Positions 18,788 through 28,613 of a stretch of DNA of 64,000 bases are shown one piece after another. A model generated the notes under the pieces. That model was not told the origin of the DNA. It worked only from the letters and a program-made list of their open reading frames with translations, and did not search any database. The position numbers were made by a program, and so were the translations under genes. Numbering within the stretch: the first letter of the stretch is position 1; each line of letters opens with the position of its first letter. This DNA is from Candidatus Hydrogenedentota bacterium (GTDB lineage Bacteria; Hydrogenedentota; Hydrogenedentia; Hydrogenedentales; SLHB01): assembly GCA_963674865.2 (NCBI GenBank), contig CAXXYE010000003.1, positions 64,001 through 128,000 on the forward strand, in the 5' to 3' direction.

Positions 18788-20836
18788 ATGGCCGGTATGC
18801 TTCCGTTTCTTGCGGCGATCTCCGTTTTGGCGGCTGATGTGCAAGCCAATCCGGCTCGCGAGATCCTATTCGATGATGATTTCAGCGGGTTGCCGACGGG
18901 CCTGCTCGGCAGCGTACTCGGCGCTCATGCGGAGTACCACTACCTGCCCGAAACGGCGCCCAAGGGCTTCTGGGGCATCACCGCGTTCCGCTCGGATCCC
19001 GGCTCGCAACGGGCCTGGCGCGTCTGTCGCGAGGATGGGCGCGCGGTGTTGGTGCAGTCCTACGAGAACACGAAGAACTACACGCATCCCATGATCATCG
19101 CGGGCGACCCGCTGTGGTCGGACTACACGATTACCGTCCGTTTCGCGCCGGAGAGCGACGCAGGCCAGAGCGGCATCATGTTCCGCTATCGGAATAACCG
19201 GTGCTATTACTTCTTCGGCGTGGACGGGCCGAAAGTCGTCCTCAAGATGGTGCGCCACGCGACCGCATTCCACGAGCCGTACGAGGAGATTCTGGCGGAG
19301 CAGGACTACGCCTGGACGCCCGGCGAGTACCTCACGGCCGAGGTCGCCGTCGCCGGGAGCCACATCCGGGCCAAGCTCGACGGGGCCGTGCTCGAAGCCG
19401 ATGACGCCACCTACACGGCGGGCAAGATCGGGCTCACATCGGACATCCCCACCCGCTTCTCACGGGTGACGGTGGAAACCACGCCCGAAGTGCGAAAGCG
19501 CATCAATACGCTCATCAGGAGCCGCGAAGCGGAGCGGGCGGCCCTCCAGGCCGAGAATCCGAAACCCGTCGTGTGGAAGAAGATCAAAACCGAAGGCTTC
19601 GGCGTGGGGCGGAATCTCCGCTTCGGCGACCTGACGGGGGACGGCCAGGTCGATGTCCTTATCGGCCAGGTGATTCACCACGGGCCGAAAGACCGCAACA
19701 GCGAACTCAGTTGCCTCACGGCGATGACCTTCGATGGCGATATCCTGTGGCAAATCGGGGAGCCGGATCCGTGGAGAGACCACCTCACAAATGATGTGGG
19801 ATTCCAGATCCACGACTTCGACGGCGACGGCCGGAACGAGGTGGTCTATTGCATGGGCTGCGAACTCATCGTGGCCGACGGCTCCACGGGCAAGACGAAG
19901 TTCAAGGCGCCGACGCCCGAATCGCCCAAAGACAGCAAGCCGCCGTACAACCGGTTTCCGCGCATCTTGGGCGACAGCCTGTATTTCTGCGACCTGCGCG
20001 GGCAGGGCCGCGCGGGCGATGTCATCATCAAGGATCGCTACCAGCACCTGTGGGCGTTGAACGACCGCTTCGAGGTCCTGTGGGACGCCGAGTGCAACAC
20101 CGGCCACTATCCCTACGCCTACGACGTGGACGGCGACGGCAAGGACGAACTGGCCATCGGATACTCCCTGTTCGACCACGACGGCAAGGTCCTCTGGACG
20201 CTCGACGAGGTTCTCAAAGACCACGCCGACGGCGTCGCCATCGCGAAGTTCTCCGATGACAAGGACGCCGAGCCGAGGGTGCTATGCGCCGCGAGCGACG
20301 AGGGCATGATCTCTATCGACCTGCGCGGCAAGATCCTCAAACACCACTACCTCGGCCACGTCCAGAATCCGGCCATCGCCAATTTCCGGCCCGATAAGCC
20401 CGGCCTCGAGGCCGTTTCCGTCAATTTCTGGGGAAATCAGGGGATTATCCACCTGTTCGACGCGGAAGGGAACGTCTATCACGACTTCGAGCCCTTCCAG
20501 CATGGAAGCCTGTGCCTGCCCGTCAACTGGGTGGGCGGGGGACAGGAGTACTTCGTGCTCTCCGCCAACGTCGAGGATGGGGGACTCTTCGACGGTTGGG
20601 GCCGGCGCGTCGTCGCATTTCCCGCCGACGGCCACCCGGACATGTGCTACGCGGTGCTGGATATCACCGGCGACTGCCGCGACGAGATCGTCGTCTGGGA
20701 CCCCTACGAGTTGTGGATCTACACGCAGGACGACAATCCCAAGTCCGGCCGCCTCTACAGACCCCGCCGCAACCCCCTCTACAACGACTCCAATTACCAG
20801 GCCATCGTTTCACTGCCGGGCTGGACGGAAGAATAG
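18788..20836 (+). CDS. Secreted protein: lectin-like (DUF1080-type) domain + FG-GAP/Ca-binding beta-propeller (polysaccharide lyase-like)
   Basis: Signal-peptide-like start; GDPLWSDY and GKIGL; repeated DxDGDG motifs (GDLTGDG, DFDGDGRNE, DVDGDGKDE, DITGDCRDE). Confidence 0.7.
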   Translation: MAGMLPFLAAISVLAADVQANPAREILFDDDFSGLPTGLLGSVLGAHAEYHYLPETAPKGFWGITAFRSDPGSQRAWRVCREDGRAVLVQSYENTKNYTHPMIIAGDPLWSDYTITVRFAPESDAGQSGIMFRYRNNRCYYFFGVDGPKVVLKMVRHATAFHEPYEEILAEQDYAWTPGEYLTAEVAVAGSHIRAKLDGAVLEADDATYTAGKIGLTSDIPTRFSRVTVETTPEVRKRINTLIRSREAERAALQAENPKPVVWKKIKTEGFGVGRNLRFGDLTGDGQVDVLIGQVIHHGPKDRNSELSCLTAMTFDGDILWQIGEPDPWRDHLTNDVGFQIHDFDGDGRNEVVYCMGCELIVADGSTGKTKFKAPTPESPKDSKPPYNRFPRILGDSLYFCDLRGQGRAGDVIIKDRYQHLWALNDRFEVLWDAECNTGHYPYAYDVDGDGKDELAIGYSLFDHDGKVLWTLDEVLKDHADGVAIAKFSDDKDAEPRVLCAASDEGMISIDLRGKILKHHYLGHVQNPAIANFRPDKPGLEAVSVNFWGNQGIIHLFDAEGNVYHDFEPFQHGSLCLPVNWVGGGQEYFVLSANVEDGGLFDGWGRRVVAFPADGHPDMCYAVLDITGDCRDEIVVWDPYELWIYTQDDNPKSGRLYRPRRNPLYNDSNYQAIVSLPGWTEE

Positions 20837-21071
20837 CGAATCCCGGTAAGTCATCAGGTTGAGGGCGAACAAGCTGCGCCGAACTCTCTGTTGCGCGTTT
20901 ATTTTCGCACTTTTCCCATATCTCCGCGCCTGAAGGGCGACCATCTTGCAGTGGCATTGCATAATATATGCAGTGAGGATGCAGGAGAGGGAAATACGTA
21001 GCCACGCCGTCCCCGGCGCTCGGAATCTGGGCCCCCTTTCTCCAACGGCTCTTCACACGCCCTGAAGGAAC

Positions 21072-23174
21072 TCACCGCGGGCCAAAGTCGACTTCGGTGA
21101 CGGCGTTGGCCCGGATGGTTACCCGTTTGGGCGGATAGACGAGTTCCCACCCCGCGCCGATGCTGCCGAGCGCTGGGGCCGCCATGTAATCGCCGGGCGG
21201 CAGGCACCGGAGATAGTACTCCAAGTGCCGGATCTGCACGTGGCTGATCACCGTGGCCAGGCCCCTTGCCAACGCCGTCACAGGCTCCTCGGACAACACA
21301 TCCTCCAAGGGTGCATCAGCGATCCAAATCCAGGCCCTTGCGCCAGGTGGGAAGACAGAGGGGGATTCCGGTATTGCCATCTTCCCGTGAATCCCGCCCG
21401 TCTCGCCGCCTCTCAGGCTTACAGAGAGTGTTTCACCTGCGCGGACGGCGCCGAAATGCGGATAGGCTGTATAGACGGTACCTTCGTTTCGGTAGTACTC
21501 CGGCTCGGCCGCGTGAGGTGTGAGAGTGGTGATTGCGGCGCTATAGGCGCCGGGGCCTACGCGGAACGAGAAGGTATACGGATCGCCCTCCGCCGCCGAA
21601 GTGGTGCTGAAACAGGAGCATGGGCGCATCGAAGCCGGTTCAGCGTACAGACATACTTCCCAGAGCGTCTCGAAGGCGTTTGACGCGTTCGTCATCGAGA
21701 AATCGTAGGCCGGCTCATAACTCAGAACGACCTCGCCGCCCTTCTCCAAGGCAATCCGAACGCCTTCGGTTTTCCGGTTCGGCTCGATGTTGATATCGGG
21801 CGCGTATCCTGGCGCGTAGCCTTTCGCGCGTGCTTCGAGCGTCCCGTTTCCAGCAAACACGCGCTCCAAAAAAAAGCGCCCCTTCTTATCCGTCAACGCG
21901 CCCACCGAAGAACGCCGACGCCCCCCGTAGTAGCGGAACGCGGGCGAATCGCTCGATACCATCTCGACGTGCGCCCTCGGAATCGGCTCCTCCGTCGCCT
22001 TGTCGACGACGACCCCAGTCACCTGCCCGAGTTCCCCGATCTTCTCAAGGACAATGTCCGCTTTCTCCGAGCCTGCGGGAACGTCGTCGAGTCTGCCGAG
22101 GCGGTACTCCGGGTGCGCGAAGAGGAGGGTAGAGCCTTCATCGGAATCCAGGGGGACTACACCGAACAAATAGCGGCCTCTCGCATCTGTGAATGTGGAG
22201 AGCAAGTTGTTCTGTACATGCACATCCTCGATGGGGTCGCCGTCCACGTCATACACGTGTCCGGATATGTTCCCCCTATCAAAAGGCAGGACCAATTCCA
22301 CATCCTCTACCTTCTCATTGGGCAACAGTTCTACCTCCCAGTACTCGCCGATAAGATCGCGAGAGATGCGAGTAGCGCCAAGATGTGCATCGACGTGGAA
22401 GTAATAGCGGCCCGGCGCGAGGCCGGTTGACTCGAAGAGGCCCTTGTCGTCAGCGATGGCCTGCACTACCGTGCCTTTGACTTCCTCGGCCATCAGAACG
22501 AAGTACACGCGTGCGGCCGGTACGGGAGTCCCGTCGAACAGCGATACGGAGCCCGCGATCTGCCCTGTGCCGTCAGGCACGAGCGGCGATAGCTGGAAGT
22601 CGAGCACAACCGGCGTCTTATCACCGATGAGCGCCTTCTTCGTCATGGCGCCATAGCCCTCCGCGCTCGCCCGCACGCGCCAGGGCACGGAACCGGACCT
22701 CAAGGCCGCGAATGCTTTTTCCGCAGCCACGGACACTACGGCACTTCCTGACAGAGCACGGTGACGAAACTCCGCTTCCCGGATAGCGGCGTCATCAATG
22801 GTTCGGATGATCGGGATCTCAAGGCGGTAGGCGCCGGCTTCGTCTGTGGTCGTGCCGTCAACTTCAACCGAGCCGAGCTGATCCGGAAAGAGTGCGGATA
22901 GAGTCTTGGACAATCCTGCGCTTACCTGGGCGCTCGCGATGGGCACGCCATCTTCCGCATATACGTGCCCCGCCAGCACGATATGCGTCAGCGTTGGCGC
23001 CACGGCCGGCTTTGGCGGCTCGGGCGGAGGTGTCTGTGTCGATGCCTCCGGAACGGCGACTTCCTCAGTCTCACCCGGAGCATGCCGAGGAGGCGTTTCC
23101 CGTTCCCGCAGCAGGAGCAAGACAGCCAACAGCGCGATGAAAACGACAACCGCGATAGCCCATCTGGCTCTCAT
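21072..23174 (-). CDS. Membrane-anchored protein with carboxypeptidase-regulatory-like (beta-sandwich) repeats
   Basis: N-terminal hydrophobic helix, Pro-rich linker, repeated G-x-V-x-D-x3-P-I-x2-A-x-V ... TD-x2-G-x-(Y/F) units. Confidence 0.75.
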   Translation of the reverse strand: MRARWAIAVVVFIALLAVLLLLRERETPPRHAPGETEEVAVPEASTQTPPPEPPKPAVAPTLTHIVLAGHVYAEDGVPIASAQVSAGLSKTLSALFPDQLGSVEVDGTTTDEAGAYRLEIPIIRTIDDAAIREAEFRHRALSGSAVVSVAAEKAFAALRSGSVPWRVRASAEGYGAMTKKALIGDKTPVVLDFQLSPLVPDGTGQIAGSVSLFDGTPVPAARVYFVLMAEEVKGTVVQAIADDKGLFESTGLAPGRYYFHVDAHLGATRISRDLIGEYWEVELLPNEKVEDVELVLPFDRGNISGHVYDVDGDPIEDVHVQNNLLSTFTDARGRYLFGVVPLDSDEGSTLLFAHPEYRLGRLDDVPAGSEKADIVLEKIGELGQVTGVVVDKATEEPIPRAHVEMVSSDSPAFRYYGGRRRSSVGALTDKKGRFFLERVFAGNGTLEARAKGYAPGYAPDINIEPNRKTEGVRIALEKGGEVVLSYEPAYDFSMTNASNAFETLWEVCLYAEPASMRPCSCFSTTSAAEGDPYTFSFRVGPGAYSAAITTLTPHAAEPEYYRNEGTVYTAYPHFGAVRAGETLSVSLRGGETGGIHGKMAIPESPSVFPPGARAWIWIADAPLEDVLSEEPVTALARGLATVISHVQIRHLEYYLRCLPPGDYMAAPALGSIGAGWELVYPPKRVTIRANAVTEVDFGPR

Positions 23175-23226
23175 CTACACCCCCGGTGATGTTTGCCGTG
23201 GCAACTGTCCCTGAGAACACGTTCCT

Positions 23227-25098
23227 TTACGGCGCGGTGCTGAATTTCAGATCCCGGATAGGCTCCCCCTTGGCATCGGTAATGCGGAACACGAAGCCCC
23301 AGTTGAGCAGGCCGTTGGTTATCTTGAGCAGGATCGGCGTGGTGCCTTCGGGCAAGGTCACCGGCGCGACGTCGCGGTCGAGGATCGCCGTTCCCTCAAA
23401 GGGGTAGTCGTAAACCAACTTGCCGCCGACCCACATCTTCCCGGCGTCATTGGTGCCCAATCGAATCTGGACATCCATCGCTTGCGGCGCCGTCACGTAG
23501 CACAGCGCGTAGGCCGTCACGTGCTCCGTTGGCTCGTAGATGCTCTTGAAATTCACCGAGGTGGCGCTGCCGGCCTGCCGGTGCGGAGTCCATCGCACCT
23601 TGCCCTCTACGCCTTCGTATTCGGCGCTCAGGTCGATCTCCTGCTCAGGCGGAAACACGGTGTGATGTCCCTCGAATTCGCCGGGGCTGGGGAATGGCCC
23701 GATGATCATCCAGTCTGTCTGCGTATTGAAATGCGCCTTGAGGTCGACGACCTCGCCGTGGAAGAGGCGCAGTCCGAGGTCCCAGATGTCGTCCGTGGAG
23801 CGTTCATCCGCCCCGGCGCCGAGCAGGTTCTTAGGCATGAGGCCGACGCGCACCTTGTCGTCGGGGGCGGCTACCTGCGGCGTTGGTAGGACGCCGAGAT
23901 CCGCTGAGTAGTCCCGCAGGGCCTTCCGGCGGAGTTCCTTGGCCAAGGCCACATATTTCGGCGTCGTGACGACGTCTCTCTTCGTGAGCACGTCCAGGTA
24001 GGCGTTGATGTCCTTGTCGCCCGTGTACTTCTCCAACTCGCGGCCGATGCATTGCTCCTGGCAGTAGGAGCCGTAGATCCAGCTATAGCGCGGCGACATC
24101 ATGAGTGTTGCGGCGTATCCTTGGCGGAAGGCTTCGAGGTCCATCGTCGGCCCGAACAGGCGCACGTCATCCGAGCCGAAAGGCCAGAAGCCGGCCGCGA
24201 TGGTGCACTTCTCCATCCAGTACTTCGTGGCGCGCTTGCTGAGGGCCTTATGGAAGAGTACGTTCGGCAACCAGGCGTGGCCCAGCGCGTACCGAATGTT
24301 GGCGCACCGGTACGTGGACTCCATGCAGTAATGGATGCCCTCCGGCGCATCGCGCCGCGCGGCTTCCTCGATCCAGGCGCAATGAATAATGTTCCCCAGT
24401 CCGAGGCCCTGCTCGGGAAACGTCAGGAAAACCATATCGGGGAATTCGTCGTACAGGATCTGGATGACGCGCGTCATCCGCTCATCGATCTTGTCAACCA
24501 AGTCCTCGCGCGTATAGCCGTCGTAGGTATAGCCCTCCCAGTCGTAGCTGTACTGCTCGCCCACGTACTCGATGTCGAGGGCGATGCCGGTGAAATCGGC
24601 CTCCCGCGCGAAAATCGCGAACTGCCGGAAGTTGTTGTCGATTCGCTGCCAGGCCACGTCGTTGAACCACTCAAAACAGTGATCAAAGGAAATCTTCAGG
24701 AACGTCTCCGAGCCGATGCGATTGCAGATCGCCGCGGCCTGTTTTGCCTCTTGCAAGGTTTCATCCGACTCGCCGATAGTCCAGGGCTTGCCGTCGCGCG
24801 CCCAGATGTCGGTGGACCACTCACGGGCGACGTAGTCGACGAAGAACGCCTGTACGCCCCGGCGCGCCCAGGTTTCGGCATCGGCGATGATATTGTCCAC
24901 ACCGGCGCCGAAGAAGATGATCTTGGGGAGGGATAGCTCATCGGACTGGCCGTAGGTGAGCCCCGGCATGGGCGTCTCCGACTCCTCGCGCATCAGGAGC
25001 ACTCTCGGGACGGCCTCGACGCCGGCCTCCTCCGATTCCGCCGCGACGAAACACGCCGCGATTGCCAGTAGGATCAACACTGAGGATACTTTGTTCAT
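23227..25098 (-). CDS. Secreted hypothetical protein (barrel-like core plus C-terminal beta-sandwich)
   Basis: Long ORF with signal peptide (MNKVSSVLILLAIAACFVAA), GIALDIEY, WMIIGPF and LGTNDAGKMWVGG; the start could instead be GTG 25110. Confidence 0.7.
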   Translation of the reverse strand: MNKVSSVLILLAIAACFVAAESEEAGVEAVPRVLLMREESETPMPGLTYGQSDELSLPKIIFFGAGVDNIIADAETWARRGVQAFFVDYVAREWSTDIWARDGKPWTIGESDETLQEAKQAAAICNRIGSETFLKISFDHCFEWFNDVAWQRIDNNFRQFAIFAREADFTGIALDIEYVGEQYSYDWEGYTYDGYTREDLVDKIDERMTRVIQILYDEFPDMVFLTFPEQGLGLGNIIHCAWIEEAARRDAPEGIHYCMESTYRCANIRYALGHAWLPNVLFHKALSKRATKYWMEKCTIAAGFWPFGSDDVRLFGPTMDLEAFRQGYAATLMMSPRYSWIYGSYCQEQCIGRELEKYTGDKDINAYLDVLTKRDVVTTPKYVALAKELRRKALRDYSADLGVLPTPQVAAPDDKVRVGLMPKNLLGAGADERSTDDIWDLGLRLFHGEVVDLKAHFNTQTDWMIIGPFPSPGEFEGHHTVFPPEQEIDLSAEYEGVEGKVRWTPHRQAGSATSVNFKSIYEPTEHVTAYALCYVTAPQAMDVQIRLGTNDAGKMWVGGKLVYDYPFEGTAILDRDVAPVTLPEGTTPILLKITNGLLNWGFVFRITDAKGEPIRDLKFSTAP

Positions 25099-25341
25099 GA
25101 TGCGCCTCACTTACACGTTCTGACTTGCCATGGAGGGATGTCCGGCCACCAAGTCACTTTCGCACGAAACCGGAAAGAAAGGCAAGTTTCGCTGCTTCGG
25201 GGGTGCGTCAAGGAGGAGGCCAGGAGTCGTGTCCCATGGCCTTGTGTCCGCCCGACTGACGTGGCATAGTGCTGAAGCAAGACGGGCAACACGACGCGGG
25301 GATCTTCGTGTGGAAACACGGAAGGCCGGGGAGGACAGGCT

Positions 25342-25791
25342 ATGGAGCCGGCGATCGCTGAACGAGACAGCTTCACGGTTGTGGGCGTTGTAGCACGCGG
25401 CGATGCGTCGAGTCTGGACTTTGCGGCCATCTGGACAGAGCGATTCATGGCGTACTACGCCCTGCTCATGCCTCGCAGTTCGGATAAGGCCTGCTATGGC
25501 GTCAGCTTTGCTACCGAGCGCGCCGGCATCATCGACTACGTGGCGGGCATGGCTGTGGATGATGTACCCGATCTTCCCGAGGGCCTTGTCGTGCGGGAGG
25601 TCCTCGCGGCGCGGTACGCCGTATTCCGATGTACCGTAAATACCATCGGTGAGACATACGAACGCATCTTCAAGGAGTGGCTCCCCTCGGCGCAATGCCA
25701 ACACGATCCATCCGCACCTGCCTTCGAATTCTACCCGCCCGGCACTGTGGGCGGGGAGTCCCCCGTGCAGATCCACATTCCGTTGAGATAG
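25342..25791 (+). CDS. GyrI-like small-molecule-binding protein
   Basis: IDYVAG, ARYAVF, YERIFKEWLP and FEFYP...IHIPL pattern; GGAGG RBS. Confidence 0.85.
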   Translation: MEPAIAERDSFTVVGVVARGDASSLDFAAIWTERFMAYYALLMPRSSDKACYGVSFATERAGIIDYVAGMAVDDVPDLPEGLVVREVLAARYAVFRCTVNTIGETYERIFKEWLPSAQCQHDPSAPAFEFYPPGTVGGESPVQIHIPLR

Positions 25792-25883
25792 AACGGCCCA
25801 TCGCTTTTCGGGCAGGCGATGTTGTGCCGGCTCGCCTGACGCGTCCCCTACGGAAAGCCAACTGCCCGGCAGAGTCCCGCAAT

Positions 25884-27746
25884 CTACCGTATTCGCACCA
25901 AGGCGTGACGGAACTGGCCAAGGTAGTGCTCGCCCCAGGTAATGCGGAACGGGATCGCGTAGAGCCCTGGTGCGGCGTGCTCCGAGGCCTCGATCCACAC
26001 ACGGGCCGCGCCGTCGGGGCGTTCGCACCAGGATGCCGCAAAACCGTCCGTACGGCTGGGCACCTGCACCTGTCCGCCGCCTCGTTCCGTGTCCCAACGC
26101 CATCCCTCGGGAAGAACCGGAGCAACCTGCGCCTGCACCAGCTCGTCGCCGTGATTGGTGAATTGGACGTCGATGGCCGCCGTTCCGCCGGGGCAGATCT
26201 CCTGCTCGTAGGGGCACGTGCGCACCCACCATTCATCCACGGCGAAATCGGCGTTCGGCCACGGAACCAGCTCCTCGATCAGCCGCTCCCGCGTCTCGAG
26301 CATGTTGTCCATGTAATCGAGTTGCTCGTCCGTGAATGTGAACGCCTTGCCCTGATGCTCGTTCATAATGAAATCCGGCTTGCACTGCCGCCAAATCTCG
26401 ATGCACCGGCGAAAACCGCGACCCTTCCCCAGGAAGTTCCGGTTTCCGCAGCAGTGATCGTCGATGCCCGTCGGCGCGCCGGAATCGCCCGAGACGAACA
26501 GACGCTCACCGTGTCCCTCGACGAGCAGCCCGCTGTGATAGAGCGTCTGCCCCGGCAGGTGGAAGGCCGTCAATTGGAACTCATGCCACGTCCACGATTC
26601 GCCGTCTTGCGTTGCCCGTGCCACCGGGGCGTTGCACTGCGCGATGCAAGGCAGCAGGAAGCGCTGCGGATGCTCGATGATCTCCACCATGTGTCTATCG
26701 GTGATGATGGGGCAGCCGAATATCGTCACCACCCGCTGCAGCGCGTCCACGTGATCGTCGTGGTAATGCGTGATCCAGCACCCCTCAACCGAGGTGATGG
26801 TCCCCTCATCGCGCCAACGCCGGAGGGTCGTCACCACGGAGTCGTGCCCGCAATCGATCAGTAACGCGGCGCCCGTCTCGGAGACGATGGCGAAGCTTGT
26901 GAAATCGACACGCCGGAACCAGTCGGGCGGCTCGCAGGTCGGTTCCGCTTTCAAACGCTGCGGATCGTCCTTCGTATCGTCGAAAAGATGTGGGAAATAG
27001 TGATTAAGCGATGACGTGGCCGTGTAATTCCGCCAAAGGGCATCGAGGCGTTCGGCCAAGAGGGCTGCGGCGCTTCGCGGGCCATGAATCACGTCGCCGT
27101 GGGATGGAACCAGCACTTGTGCATTCTCGGACACTTCCTCAAGACTGGCCAGCAGTTTGGCGCGATTCCCGATGAAGCCGTGGTAGTCGCCAATCATGGC
27201 GAATCCCTTTTGGAGCGAGTGCAAGTCCCAGACTTGCCCGGGGCCGTACAACACATCGCCCGAGAAGCACACGGTTTGTCCGTCCACTTCGACGACGTAT
27301 GACACGCTGCCATCCGTCGCACCGGGCGTATCCAGCACCGTGATGCGATAGCCTTCCCACTCGACGCTGTCGCCTTCCTGCACGCCTCGGGCCACGGGCA
27401 GCGCCTCCGCTGGCACCTGCGGGCCGGGCTGCTGTTGGTAGACGTGCCACCGGTTGCGCCAATCGTTCCAATGGGCCGCCGGATCCTCTATGAGCCGCCG
27501 TTCGGCCACGGGAACAACTAACTCCGCGCCTTGCCGAACGTATAGGCCGGCGCCTGCCGTGTTCGGCCGACGGTGTTGTGTGCACAGAATCATGTCCACG
27601 GATTTCACGCCCAGTTCGCGCAGCCGCTCCGGCGTCACCGTGTCGCAGCAGTCGAAAAGAATGGCCCTATCGCCGGAGATGAGCACCCCTGTGTTGATCC
27701 CTCCCGAGAGAACGTGAAGAGTTGACGAAATCTCAGTTGCTTTCAC
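25884..27746 (-). CDS. Tandem MBL-fold metallo-hydrolase
   Basis: Domain 1 has TQHRRPN, TPG-A-T, FSGD and PSHG; domain 2 has THYHDDH, PGQT and SGD; GTG 27746 follows AAGGAG. Confidence 0.8.
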   Translation of the reverse strand: MKATEISSTLHVLSGGINTGVLISGDRAILFDCCDTVTPERLRELGVKSVDMILCTQHRRPNTAGAGLYVRQGAELVVPVAERRLIEDPAAHWNDWRNRWHVYQQQPGPQVPAEALPVARGVQEGDSVEWEGYRITVLDTPGATDGSVSYVVEVDGQTVCFSGDVLYGPGQVWDLHSLQKGFAMIGDYHGFIGNRAKLLASLEEVSENAQVLVPSHGDVIHGPRSAAALLAERLDALWRNYTATSSLNHYFPHLFDDTKDDPQRLKAEPTCEPPDWFRRVDFTSFAIVSETGAALLIDCGHDSVVTTLRRWRDEGTITSVEGCWITHYHDDHVDALQRVVTIFGCPIITDRHMVEIIEHPQRFLLPCIAQCNAPVARATQDGESWTWHEFQLTAFHLPGQTLYHSGLLVEGHGERLFVSGDSGAPTGIDDHCCGNRNFLGKGRGFRRCIEIWRQCKPDFIMNEHQGKAFTFTDEQLDYMDNMLETRERLIEELVPWPNADFAVDEWWVRTCPYEQEICPGGTAAIDVQFTNHGDELVQAQVAPVLPEGWRWDTERGGGQVQVPSRTDGFAASWCERPDGAARVWIEASEHAAPGLYAIPFRITWGEHYLGQFRHALVRIR

Positions 27747-27863
27747 CGCCCAATCTCCTTGTGTCTTCCTTCCGAACGCAGCATGAGCATACACTGGATG
27801 TCCGGCGGAAGCGCTCTTCATCAGAGGGCGTCCCACTGCTCGTCGATGCAATGGGACGTGCCG

Positions 27864-28598
27864 TTACAGGCGTGGGATATAGGGCCGGATGCTCCGGCCG
27901 GCGAGCCATTTGAGTACGGGCCCGCGCGTGGCGTCAGTGAGGTAGTCAAACTCGATGCCGCAGTTGATTCGCCGCGCCTCACCATCATGTTTGGCCCAAC
28001 GTACCGTCCCCGCGCCTTCAATGCGCGTGAGGGCGCCCGAAGCGAGCTCCACACGGAACCCGATAGGGGAATGCGGCTTGGGCCTTGCTCCCGGGAAGCG
28101 AAGAAACATCCCCCCGCGCCCGAGTATAAAGCCCTTCTCTTCTTCGCCCTCAGCCAAATTGGTGAACTGGCGTTCCACAAACCGCTCACTCGCCTTTGCC
28201 GGGGCGGCGCTCCAGCGCGACTCCAGTGGGGACAGAAGACGAGCGACCCTCGTGACCAACGCCCGCAACCGAAACGGCTTCGGGACCAATGCCTCCGCGC
28301 CCAAGTTATACACCTCCATGGGAGCAATGTCCGCGTATCCTGAAATGAAGATCACAATTGGCTTACAAAGGTCCACCTCTTTCAGCCGGCGCAGAAGCTC
28401 GAGTCCGCTACTCTTGGGCATGCGGATGTCGCTGACGACGGCGTCCACCTGCTGAGACTGGGCAATCTCGAATGCTTCGAGGCCATTCTTCGCCAGAAGT
28501 GTCCGGCATCCCAATGACTGGAACTCGAATCGAAGCATCCCCAGCATGTCGGACTCGTCTTCCACCAGCAATACCGTAGCGCCCTGCAGACGTTCCAT
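27864..28598 (-). CDS. Response regulator with C-terminal PilZ-like domain
   Basis: REC: LLVEDE, VSDIRMP, ISGY and PKP; C-terminus: LGRGGMFL, GTVRW and CGIEF. Confidence 0.8.
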   Translation of the reverse strand: MERLQGATVLLVEDESDMLGMLRFEFQSLGCRTLLAKNGLEAFEIAQSQQVDAVVSDIRMPKSSGLELLRRLKEVDLCKPIVIFISGYADIAPMEVYNLGAEALVPKPFRLRALVTRVARLLSPLESRWSAAPAKASERFVERQFTNLAEGEEEKGFILGRGGMFLRFPGARPKPHSPIGFRVELASGALTRIEGAGTVRWAKHDGEARRINCGIEFDYLTDATRGPVLKWLAGRSIRPYIPRL

Positions 28599-28613
28599 GG
28601 GCAATTCCTCAGC

